In this document: positions 10,671 to 19,161 of the stretch, piece by piece
Position numbering within the stretch: position 1 is the stretch's first letter
Layout: every line of letters begins with the position of its first letter
Assembly: GCA_038727515.1 (NCBI GenBank)
Contig: JAVYVS010000001.1
Coordinates: forward strand, 465,964 to 529,963
DNA from: Candidatus Methanomethylicia archaeon
GTDB lineage: Archaea > Thermoproteota > Methanomethylicia > Culexarchaeales > Culexarchaeaceae
DNA length: 64,000 nt
Direction: 5' to 3'
Translations under genes and position numbers: made by a program
Notes under the pieces: generated by a model
Database searches by the model: none
What the model saw: the letters and a program-made list of their open reading frames with translations, nothing else
Told to the model about the DNA's origin: nothing

Positions 10671-10934
10671 TTAAGTCAATCTCTTCTTAACAGCTCTATC
10701 ATAAACAATCCAATTTTCATATGCTTTAACATTATTCTCCTTTAATAACTCAAGAACTCTAGTTCTAAGCTCCTCAGTTTTAACCTCCTCTCTACCAGTA
10801 AATTCTCCTTCAATTCTACCAGTCAATTCACGAGCAGTAGTTAAATCAACTCCAGCCTTCAATAATGAAGTAACCAATTTCTCACGAGCAAATTCCTCTA
10901 TTCTCCCATCTCTTTTAACAACTTTCAAAACCAT
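10671..10934 (-). CDS. stand-alone ATP-cone domain protein
   Basis: VVKRDGRIEEFAREKLVTSLLKAGVD matches the ATP-cone consensus VIKRDGxxExFdxxKI...kAG. At 87 aa it has no Zn-ribbon (unlike NrdR) and no catalytic partner domain. Confidence 0.6.
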   Translation of the reverse strand: MVLKVVKRDGRIEEFAREKLVTSLLKAGVDLTTARELTGRIEGEFTGREEVKTEELRTRVLELLKENNVKAYENWIVYDRAVKKRLT

Positions 10935-11089
10935 AAAATCACCAATAAAAAATACAAATTTAAAACATATAAACTTATATGTACATTAAAAAACAAATTT
11001 TACAAATTTAAAATAAGAAAATTACAATAATCGAAAATGCTTGAAATAACATTTATTTCCCACAAATAAAATAAATAAATTGAACTCTA

Positions 11090-11683
11090 ATGAAGATTCA
11101 AGACATCATTTGGGAGTATTTTAGATGTATATATAATCCATGGCTTTCAGATAATTGGTATAGATTTAGTAAATCATTAAGAGAAGATTTACTAATGTTT
11201 AGAGATAAACTCTATGGATGTAAAAGTATGGAAGAATTAAAGGAAACTATATACACATTAACAAGATTATACATGATATCTCCAAATGAAATAAAGGATC
11301 AATTCATGGAAATGCTTAGGAAAACTGAAGAATATTATAGGAAAAAGGGTGTAGAAATAGATTTAAATAAACGATTAAAATTACATAAAGTTCAAATAGT
11401 AGTTAAAGATGAAGATAGAAGACCATTGAAATCAGTACAAATCACAGTTATGTATGATGGAAGAGAAATATGGAAGGGTACCACACAAGAAAATGGTAGA
11501 ATAACATTAAATTTAAATGAGGGGAAATACACCATCTTTGCATCAATAAATGAAGAAGAATGGTATGGATTAAACATAGTAGAATTAAATGTACCAATGG
11601 AAACAGAAGAGAAAACAATAACTATTAAAAGACATCAAAAATATGAGACTATAAAAGCCACTATTAAAGAGACAGAATCATAA
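11090..11683 (+). CDS. hypothetical protein with a C-terminal beta-sandwich (carboxypeptidase-regulatory-like) segment
   Basis: The ORF looks coding-like. The C-terminal motif VVKDEDRRPLKSVQITVMYDGREIWKGTTQENGRITLNL resembles Ig-like/CarbopepD_reg domains. No catalytic motif was recognised. Confidence 0.4.
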   Translation: MKIQDIIWEYFRCIYNPWLSDNWYRFSKSLREDLLMFRDKLYGCKSMEELKETIYTLTRLYMISPNEIKDQFMEMLRKTEEYYRKKGVEIDLNKRLKLHKVQIVVKDEDRRPLKSVQITVMYDGREIWKGTTQENGRITLNLNEGKYTIFASINEEEWYGLNIVELNVPMETEEKTITIKRHQKYETIKATIKETES

Positions 11684-11887
11684 ATGAGCAACATTTCCAT
11701 ACATCCATTTTTATATTTATAACTAATGAAATCATTAGGATCAACCTTACATTTTATCAGCTAAATTAAACTCATTATGGGAAGTATAATTATAAAACGG
11801 GGAAGACCAGAAGTTCATTAACGAAGACTTAAACCATGATCCAAACAGTACACAATATATTGAAAACAAAATCTATTAAATCCATAT

Positions 11888-12448
11888 TCACAATCTCCCT
11901 AAGCGGGTAAGTATATCATTTGAAGATGTTATTTCAACACCATAAATTTCCTTCATATACTTTAAACCCCAATTATGATCTTCCTCATTAAAAGTTGTAA
12001 CACAATCTGAGGGTATAATAACCTTATAACCACGATAAAATGCATCAGCAACAGTATTCATAACACATATATGCGTATGAATACCAGTTACAATTAACGT
12101 ATCAATTTTAAGTTCTCTTAATAGATCATCTAAACTAGTACCGTAAAATCCACTATACCTTCTCTTCTCAATAATGAAATCTCTTTCACTAGGTTTTAAA
12201 TCATCAATAATCATAGCGCCCCAAGAACCTTTAATCGCATGTGAACCCCACTTTTTAAATTCACCATCAATATTAGGTAGATGAGAGTCATTAACATAAA
12301 TAACTGGAATGCCATGCTCTCTAGCAGTATCAATTAAAATTTTAACTCTAGGAATAATCTTTAAAGCATTATCACATTTAAGAGAACCATAAACAAAATC
12401 ATTTAACATATCAATAACTAGAATAGCTACATGCAAGGTAAATCCCAA
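11888..12448 (-). CDS. isochorismatase-family cysteine hydrolase (nicotinamidase-like)
   Basis: N-terminal VIDMLNDF and a conserved Cys region (THICVMNT) are typical of the isochorismatase/PncA family. Confidence 0.75.
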   Translation of the reverse strand: MGFTLHVAILVIDMLNDFVYGSLKCDNALKIIPRVKILIDTAREHGIPVIYVNDSHLPNIDGEFKKWGSHAIKGSWGAMIIDDLKPSERDFIIEKRRYSGFYGTSLDDLLRELKIDTLIVTGIHTHICVMNTVADAFYRGYKVIIPSDCVTTFNEEDHNWGLKYMKEIYGVEITSSNDILTRLGRL

Positions 12449-12483
12449 AATAAAATTGTGAAAAAAGAAGATAAAAATTGCTA

Positions 12484-12927
12484 TTAACCATCTGATTTTC
12501 GTTTCGGTATAGCTTCAATACCCTTCTCTCTAATCCTCTCAATTAAATCAAAAACCTTCGATTTTATTAAATTTCTGATAACTCTGGCTTCCTCAATACT
12601 CATTTTTGCTGGATCCGGTAAACCCCATTCCTCAACCCTATCTACAAATAACAGTGGGCATTCACTACCACTACATACTATCACAGCCATATCAACATCT
12701 TCTTGAAGCTCTCTAGTTAAAAGCCTCGGTCTTTTATAACTTATATCTATACCCTCTTCAATCATTAACTTTATGGCATCGGGATGTACATTTTCCGCTG
12801 GTTTAACACCAGCACTTAAAGCCTTCCAACCCTCAGGGGCAAATGCATTAAAATATGCTTCAGCTATTTGACTTCTAAAGGTATTTTCTACACATACAAA
12901 AAGTATTAAACCCAATTCAACCACCAA
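12484..12927 (-). CDS. low-molecular-weight phosphotyrosine phosphatase / ArsC-type arsenate reductase family
   Basis: P-loop CVENTFRSQIAE matches CX5R(S) plus the SQxAE signature. It overlaps the iorB end by 11 bp, so it is operonic. Confidence 0.7.
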   Translation of the reverse strand: MVVELGLILFVCVENTFRSQIAEAYFNAFAPEGWKALSAGVKPAENVHPDAIKLMIEEGIDISYKRPRLLTRELQEDVDMAVIVCSGSECPLLFVDRVEEWGLPDPAKMSIEEARVIRNLIKSKVFDLIERIREKGIEAIPKRKSDG

Positions 12928-13522
12928 GATAATTCAAGACATATTCATAACCATACTTAAATGCCTTAATATTTACTTCAAATGCCCTTCCAGAAAAAGT
13001 CTTCTTCAAAATATCTTCAACATCACAAGCATTAATATATTCAGATAAAATATTTGTTGCAAATAATCCACCTAGTAAAACGATATTTTCAGATATACTA
13101 CTACCAGCTTCAATTGCAAGCTTTAATGCATCCATCAAAATATAATTTAATTTAAGCCTATTTAACTCAGAAATAATTTCACTTCTACTTGGAATCCTCT
13201 TAGCTCCAGGCGGCCTAATAATCCTATCATTCAATATAAGTAATGTCTTTGGATTCGCATAATTTAAAGCTCTTAAAGATTCAATCAATTCTAAACCAAT
13301 AATTGAATCAGCCATTCCAAAACATATCAATGGAGAATCAACATCACCAATACGTACATGAACTACGACGCTTCCACCTCTTTGAGCCATTCCATGGGTT
13401 TCAGCAATTAAAGCTTTAACACCCTTAGAAATAGCAGTTAAACCTAGAATTCTACCCATCGTAAGTATACCTTGACCTCCAACACCAGTTAAAAGGATAT
13501 TTTTAAACCTCATTTCAATCAA
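12917..13522 (-). CDS. iorB: indolepyruvate:ferredoxin oxidoreductase subunit beta (POR gamma-like domain)
   Basis: NILLTGVGGQGILTMGRIL is the classic POR-gamma/IorB N-terminus. The 201-aa ORF overlaps the iorA end by 8 bp. Confidence 0.75.
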   Translation of the reverse strand: MIEMRFKNILLTGVGGQGILTMGRILGLTAISKGVKALIAETHGMAQRGGSVVVHVRIGDVDSPLICFGMADSIIGLELIESLRALNYANPKTLLILNDRIIRPPGAKRIPSRSEIISELNRLKLNYILMDALKLAIEAGSSISENIVLLGGLFATNILSEYINACDVEDILKKTFSGRAFEVNIKAFKYGYEYVLNYLGG

Positions 13523-15440
13523 TCCTCCAAAGATCTTCCCAATTCTTCGATGATTCTATACGTGGTTTAATAGCATTATACGGGCATATCTGCATACATA
13601 CTGAACATCCAAAGCATAAAATTGATTCAATGTAGGCTTTCTTATCATCCATTGGAATTATTGCTGGGCATCCTATTTGATTATAACATAATCCACATGC
13701 TCTACAAAGATTATTATCAATAGTGTATGTGGGTATTGAAATACCTTTACGTATAGCATTTGAAGCAACCATTAATGTACATGCTCTGCGAGAATTAATT
13801 AAAGCAACAGTTTTATTATCCAAAACATATTTTATAGCTTTAATAAATTCTTCAATGGAATCTTTAACATTAAAGGGATCTATAGTCTTAACATAACGTA
13901 CACCAATTCCAGAAGCTATATCTTCAATCTTCACTTCATTAATCCTAATACCCATAGCGGTTCTACCAGTACCAGGATGAGGTTGATGCCCAGTCATAGC
14001 GGTAACTCTATTATCTAAAACAAGTACAAGCATTGGAGAATTATTATAAATGGCATTTATCAATGCTGGAATACATGCATGATAAAATGTTGAATCACCC
14101 ATAATGGCAACAACAAATTGATTTGAGACATGAGATATACCATTAGCAGAACCTATACCTCCACCCATCTCCAAAATAATATCTTGAACATTAAATGGTG
14201 GATGACCGCCAAGACTATAACATCCGATATCACCTGCAAAAACAACATCTCTAACACCAGCTTTTGCGAGAGCCCATTTCAACTCTAAAAATGTTGCTCT
14301 ATGTGGGCAGCCAGAACATAGTATTGGAGGTCTATCGGGAAGTTCAACTTCAAATTTTAAATTACTATTAAAATTCAATTGATACGGTAAACCCATGAAT
14401 TTAGCTAATCCATTAATAATTCTATCAATACTAAGTTCACCAATTAATGGAATTAGATCTTTACCATGAATAATGCAATTAACATCTTCATCAAAAGCCA
14501 TAACTTTGATTGTATGCTCTAGAATTGGTTCAAGTTCTTCAACAACTAAAGCTTCATCACAAGAATTCAAAGCTTTTAAGATAAGTCTTCTAGGAGCTGG
14601 AACAACAGTTGAAATCTTTAAGAGATTAATTTTATCATTTACCCCCAAAATTTTTAAACAATCTAAAACATAACCATAGCTAGTTCCAGAACACACTATT
14701 AACTTCTTAGAACCATTATCAATATAAAAGTTGAAGGGGGAATCCTCAATTTCATCACAAATCCTACGCCACTTCTCTAAGAGTTTAACCCTCAAAACCC
14801 TAGCATTTGATGGAAGAAGTGAAAAACGCTTAAAATCTTTAATAAATCTTCCAGAAGCCTTTATTTTAGGGACGTCGCCAAAAGTAACTGGACCTCTACA
14901 ATGACTTATCCTAGTTGTAGACCTAAATATAACTGGATGCTTAAATTTTTCACTAAAATCAAAGGAATACTTTATGAGTTCCTTAGCTTCCTGAGGGGAA
15001 TATGGTTCAAATACAGGGATATATGCATGTAAACCATAATATCTATTGTCTTGCTCATTTTGACTACTCCACATACTAGGATCTTCAGCACTAACAATTA
15101 CAAAACCAGCTTCTACACCAGTATATGCACTACTCATCAATGCATCTGCAGCAACATTTAAACCCACATGTTTCATGGCAGTTAAAGCCCTAACTCCACA
15201 TATTGAAGCACCATAAGCAGCTTCAAAAGCAACCTTTTCATTAACACTCCACTCCACATAGAAACCATAATCATTAGCAACTTCAGCTAAAGATTCAATA
15301 ATCTCTGTAGATGGAGTTCCAGGATAAGCACTAGCAAATCCAATACCAGCTTCAATAGCACCTCTAGCAATAGCTTCATTACCCATCAATAAAACAACGC
15401 TTTTAGGAGGGTGAAGTAATACATGCAAATTTGACCCCAA
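13515..15440 (-). CDS. iorA: indolepyruvate:ferredoxin oxidoreductase subunit alpha (POR_N + TPP-binding + 2x[4Fe-4S])
   Basis: 641 aa. The N-terminal PFOR domain (GNEAIARGAIEAGIGFASAYPGTPSTEI), a central TPP motif (GDIGCY...MGGGIG) and C-terminal CRACGLC...CPA and CFGCSVCMQICP ferredoxin motifs give the IorA architecture. Confidence 0.8.
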   Translation of the reverse strand: MGSNLHVLLHPPKSVVLLMGNEAIARGAIEAGIGFASAYPGTPSTEIIESLAEVANDYGFYVEWSVNEKVAFEAAYGASICGVRALTAMKHVGLNVAADALMSSAYTGVEAGFVIVSAEDPSMWSSQNEQDNRYYGLHAYIPVFEPYSPQEAKELIKYSFDFSEKFKHPVIFRSTTRISHCRGPVTFGDVPKIKASGRFIKDFKRFSLLPSNARVLRVKLLEKWRRICDEIEDSPFNFYIDNGSKKLIVCSGTSYGYVLDCLKILGVNDKINLLKISTVVPAPRRLILKALNSCDEALVVEELEPILEHTIKVMAFDEDVNCIIHGKDLIPLIGELSIDRIINGLAKFMGLPYQLNFNSNLKFEVELPDRPPILCSGCPHRATFLELKWALAKAGVRDVVFAGDIGCYSLGGHPPFNVQDIILEMGGGIGSANGISHVSNQFVVAIMGDSTFYHACIPALINAIYNNSPMLVLVLDNRVTAMTGHQPHPGTGRTAMGIRINEVKIEDIASGIGVRYVKTIDPFNVKDSIEEFIKAIKYVLDNKTVALINSRRACTLMVASNAIRKGISIPTYTIDNNLCRACGLCYNQIGCPAIIPMDDKKAYIESILCFGCSVCMQICPYNAIKPRIESSKNWEDLWRID

Positions 15441-15480
15441 ATTCGATTCATAATATATCGAAATAGGAATATAACATTAA

Positions 15481-16158
15481 CTAAACAACACTTAAAGTGG
15501 ATTGAGAAACTTTGGGGATATTATTTAAGATATCTCTTGAAGAAATGTATAGGAAGATTGAAGCTAGAAAATCTAATGGTGGAATAAATATTCCAATTAA
15601 ATAAATTATAGCAGAAACTAGAAATAGAGAACTACCGAATTCATCTCCAATCTTGAAAAGAGATGCTATAAGTCCAATCTTACCAATAAAAAATAATATA
15701 AGTCCAAGGAATACTGAAAGTAAACCAATTATAGGAAGGATTAAAATTAATAGTAAACCTACAATTATAATCGTAGCACCTGCAATATAACCTATTCTAA
15801 CCATAGATGAATATGTGGAATAACTAGCATTAAATTCAGATAAATTCTTCATGGAATCCATTAAATATAGATATACAGCTGAAAGAAGGAGGATGCATCC
15901 TACTGTTATGATGAGGAATACAATTATAGAGAAAAGACCATATGATTGTAAGGGTGTACCTATAAACCTCCTCATCAAAAATCTCATGTAAAACCAAATT
16001 AAACCAAATCCTAAAAGTAAATATGCAGAAATACTTAACAAACAATAATTCTTAAGAGCATTAAAAGCTTTAATTAAATAATTCCGTTCAGAATCACTAA
16101 GCTTAGTCAAATCCCTAACCACAATACCCACCAAATCAGTTAATATGAGATAGATCAT
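15481..16158 (-). CDS. integral membrane protein (uncharacterised)
   Basis: 225 aa with about 6 hydrophobic helices. It overlaps the upstream radical-SAM start by 23 bp, so the true start may be internal. Confidence 0.4.
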   Translation of the reverse strand: MIYLILTDLVGIVVRDLTKLSDSERNYLIKAFNALKNYCLLSISAYLLLGFGLIWFYMRFLMRRFIGTPLQSYGLFSIIVFLIITVGCILLLSAVYLYLMDSMKNLSEFNASYSTYSSMVRIGYIAGATIIIVGLLLILILPIIGLLSVFLGLILFFIGKIGLIASLFKIGDEFGSSLFLVSAIIYLIGIFIPPLDFLASIFLYISSRDILNNIPKVSQSTLSVV

Positions 16159-17503
16159 CTATTAAAACTTTTTTAAGTTTAGCTAGAGCTTTTTCATGAG
16201 CAACCATAGGTTTAAATCCACTAGATTCTATTTCTCTAGCAAGATCAACATCAATAACTATCTTAAGCTTATCCATTAAACCCAAATCTGAAAAAGCATA
16301 ATTAATTGCAGTTAAAGTTTCAGCATTAGGTCTAAAATATGCATAAAAAAGCCTATAGTTTAATCCATGTTTAGATAAGTAATTTCTCACACGAATTCTA
16401 GTAACCTCAATATACTCCCTCTTAACATCTTCAGTTTCAAGCCATTCAGGCCAATCATAAGATTGAAAGGGATAATAACTTATGAATTCATATGGAATTA
16501 CACCTGGACTACTAACAGCAATTAAATGTATTCTTGGAAAGAATTCAATTCTAGAAAGAACTTCAAGAATTGCTTTCCAAGTTTTAGATCTAGTATAGGG
16601 TTTCCTATAAGCACAAGGAAGAAATAAAGCTATATCCTTATGTTTAGGAGGTTTATAAAATCTAATTATATAATCTTGCCAAACTTCATAATATGGGTGA
16701 ATTAAACATTCACGGCCAACCCCATAAATAAAAACTTGTTTATCCCTTGGAAACTTGGGAATGAAATTTAAATTGTTAAAATCAAGTTCAACTTTAGGAT
16801 GATTAACCCATTCACCCACAAAATTATGGAATTGTTCTTCATCAAAAGGCTTCCACACACCTTTAATCCAATCTTCCCATAGATTTGAACCTACATGTGG
16901 ATAAGCATTAATAACAACAACACTATCAGCAATATCAACAGCCAACCTAATACTATCTTCAAAAATCTTCCTATGAAATTCAGGATTCAAATATAAATAT
17001 GGATGACCATTAACTAAAATATAAAGTCTAACACCAAAACCAAAACCCCTTAGAATTTTCACAGCCCCAATTATATCCTCAACTACTAACCCCTTATTAT
17101 AATAATTAAGGAGAACATCATCATTAGCCATCTCTAAACCAATAGCCACAGTAACTTTAACTTTCTCACTAAAAAGTAATTTCAATCTATCTTCAATAAT
17201 ATATTCAGGTCTAGATTCAACTATAAGTTCATTAATACCGAAATTTTCACATAAACGAATAAACCAAACAATAAATTCATCTGGAAACTGTTTAACATCA
17301 AGAAAACTACCAGAAGAAAAAACCTTTAATAAATCTATTTTCCCCTCCCTACGTTTAGAACTAAGGAAGTTGAAAACCCTACCCTTCAATTCATCCAATG
17401 AACATTTAACACTATGCTTACCCCAACCACAAAAATAACATTTACCCCAACTACAACTACCACTCTCAAGAATTAAATTCACAATACGCTTACCAACACC
17501 CAC
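16136..17503 (-). CDS. radical-SAM-like Fe-S protein with a non-canonical CX4CX2C motif (possibly archaeosine-synthase-associated RaSEA-like family)
   Basis: CSWGKCYFCGWGK is a CX4CX2C cluster near the N-terminus, as in some archaeal radical-SAM enzymes. A glycine-rich SAM-binding-like segment follows. The 455-aa ORF has no GNAT domain, so it is not Elp3. Confidence 0.45.
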   Translation of the reverse strand: MGVGKRIVNLILESGSCSWGKCYFCGWGKHSVKCSLDELKGRVFNFLSSKRREGKIDLLKVFSSGSFLDVKQFPDEFIVWFIRLCENFGINELIVESRPEYIIEDRLKLLFSEKVKVTVAIGLEMANDDVLLNYYNKGLVVEDIIGAVKILRGFGFGVRLYILVNGHPYLYLNPEFHRKIFEDSIRLAVDIADSVVVINAYPHVGSNLWEDWIKGVWKPFDEEQFHNFVGEWVNHPKVELDFNNLNFIPKFPRDKQVFIYGVGRECLIHPYYEVWQDYIIRFYKPPKHKDIALFLPCAYRKPYTRSKTWKAILEVLSRIEFFPRIHLIAVSSPGVIPYEFISYYPFQSYDWPEWLETEDVKREYIEVTRIRVRNYLSKHGLNYRLFYAYFRPNAETLTAINYAFSDLGLMDKLKIVIDVDLAREIESSGFKPMVAHEKALAKLKKVLIDDLSHIN

Positions 17504-17542
17504 AGTTTAAATGTGGATATAAGCATAAATTATATTTATCGT

Positions 17543-18232
17543 TTAACTTTCCTTCACAATTTTAACTGCAGTACCATAAACTGAAAATGCCATAGCTGAA
17601 CCTGCAAGTATATCGGTAGTTTCAAAATCCAAACCAATAATAGCATTAGCACCAAGCTTTCTGGCTCTATCTATAAGTCTAAGAAGAGCTTCAATCCTAG
17701 CCTTCTCAAACTCATATACAAAAGCTGTAATTTCACCACCAAAAAGTGATTCTATTGAAGCAGCAAGTTTACCTCCAAGACCTCTAGTTCTAATAGTTAA
17801 ACCATAAACTGGCCCTATAATTTCAACAATCTTATAACCTGGAATATATGGGGTTGTAACAAGAATCATATCGCTAAGCCTACCCCTATACATCTTCATA
17901 AGATCTTCAAGTTCAATTTCCTCAGGACTCTTAGAAGGTTTCGTTATTAAGTTTAAACCTTCATTAATTAATTTATCCCACCAAGAAAGATTTGATGCAG
18001 CAATTTTAACAGCTTCATCAAACGATTTACCAGAAGAAATTAATTCTTCAACTTCATCAACTTTAACACCATTATCATATGCAAGCCTAATAAAAGCTTC
18101 AACAATTGAAGCCTTCCTTTCACTTTGAATCTTACTTAAATGAAAACGCATTACACCACCAGGATTATGTGGATATTTCGAATCATAAATACTAACTAAA
18201 GAATTATACACTTTATCAAAACTTGACATCAA
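17543..18232 (-). CDS. YbjQ/UPF0145 (DUF74) domain protein with an N-terminal extension
   Basis: The C-terminal ~100 aa (GANAIIGLDFETTDILAGSAMAFSVYGTAVKI) match the YbjQ heavy-metal-binding-like fold signature. Confidence 0.6.
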   Translation of the reverse strand: MMSSFDKVYNSLVSIYDSKYPHNPGGVMRFHLSKIQSERKASIVEAFIRLAYDNGVKVDEVEELISSGKSFDEAVKIAASNLSWWDKLINEGLNLITKPSKSPEEIELEDLMKMYRGRLSDMILVTTPYIPGYKIVEIIGPVYGLTIRTRGLGGKLAASIESLFGGEITAFVYEFEKARIEALLRLIDRARKLGANAIIGLDFETTDILAGSAMAFSVYGTAVKIVKES

Positions 18233-18311
18233 AATAATATATGTATAAGTAAAATAAAAAGTTTAGGAGTGTCGATTACTTTATATGTATAATGGAAAAT
18301 AAAGAATCTAC

Positions 18312-19106
18312 GTGTACAATATTAGTAAGTTGATATTTTCAATAATATCGGTTACAATTGTGAGTTTGATATCATTAATTGGGGTTTTTGCATTATCATT
18401 GAAGGAAGGGAAATTGCATAAAATTCTCTTCATACTATTGGGTTTTAGTGGTGGAGTTATATTGGGATCAGCATTATTAGATTTACTTCCAGAATCCATT
18501 GAGATAAGTAGATCATCTATTGAGGAATTGCAGACTTTTATATACATAACTTTTGGATTCATATTATTTTTCATTCTTGAAAGATTTATATATTGGTATC
18601 ATGGTCATGGGCATCATGAAGAGATAGAAGAAGAATGTAAAAGAATACGTAAAATGGAGTTAAAAGAGTTAATAGCGTTAAATGTGATTGGTGATGCTAT
18701 ACATAATTTCCTTGATGGAATGATAATTTCAGCATCATACTTAACGTCAATTGAACTTGGAATAACAACTACTATTGCAGTAATATTCCATGAATTACCA
18801 CAAGAAATAGGGGATTTCGGAATATTAATTTATGGTGGATTGAATGTGACAAAGGCATTAATGTTAAATTTGCTTTCAGCATTAACATCCTTTATAGGAG
18901 TATTAGTAATTCAAATGGCATATTCAATCATTGAAAATATTAGTTTAATGATAATACCAATGGCTTGTGGAGGATTCATATACTTAGCAGCATCAGAAAT
19001 TATACCAGAATTACAAAAGGAGAGAAATTTTAGGAGGGCATTTATTCAATTAGTATTCTTTCAATTGGGAATAATTTTAATATGGCTTTTGAATAAATTA
19101 ATTTAA
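18312..19106 (+). CDS. ZIP-family divalent metal transporter
   Basis: His-rich loop (HGHGHHEE), the HNFLDGMII and HELPQEIGDFGIL motifs and 8 TM segments are diagnostic of ZIP/ZupT. A GTG/TTG start is likely. Confidence 0.75.
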   Translation: MYNISKLIFSIISVTIVSLISLIGVFALSLKEGKLHKILFILLGFSGGVILGSALLDLLPESIEISRSSIEELQTFIYITFGFILFFILERFIYWYHGHGHHEEIEEECKRIRKMELKELIALNVIGDAIHNFLDGMIISASYLTSIELGITTTIAVIFHELPQEIGDFGILIYGGLNVTKALMLNLLSALTSFIGVLVIQMAYSIIENISLMIIPMACGGFIYLAASEIIPELQKERNFRRAFIQLVFFQLGIILIWLLNKLI

Positions 19107-19161
19107 ATTACTACCTTTAATAGAAGCCACATTGTAGAAGGGGGAAATTTTAGGGTATATA

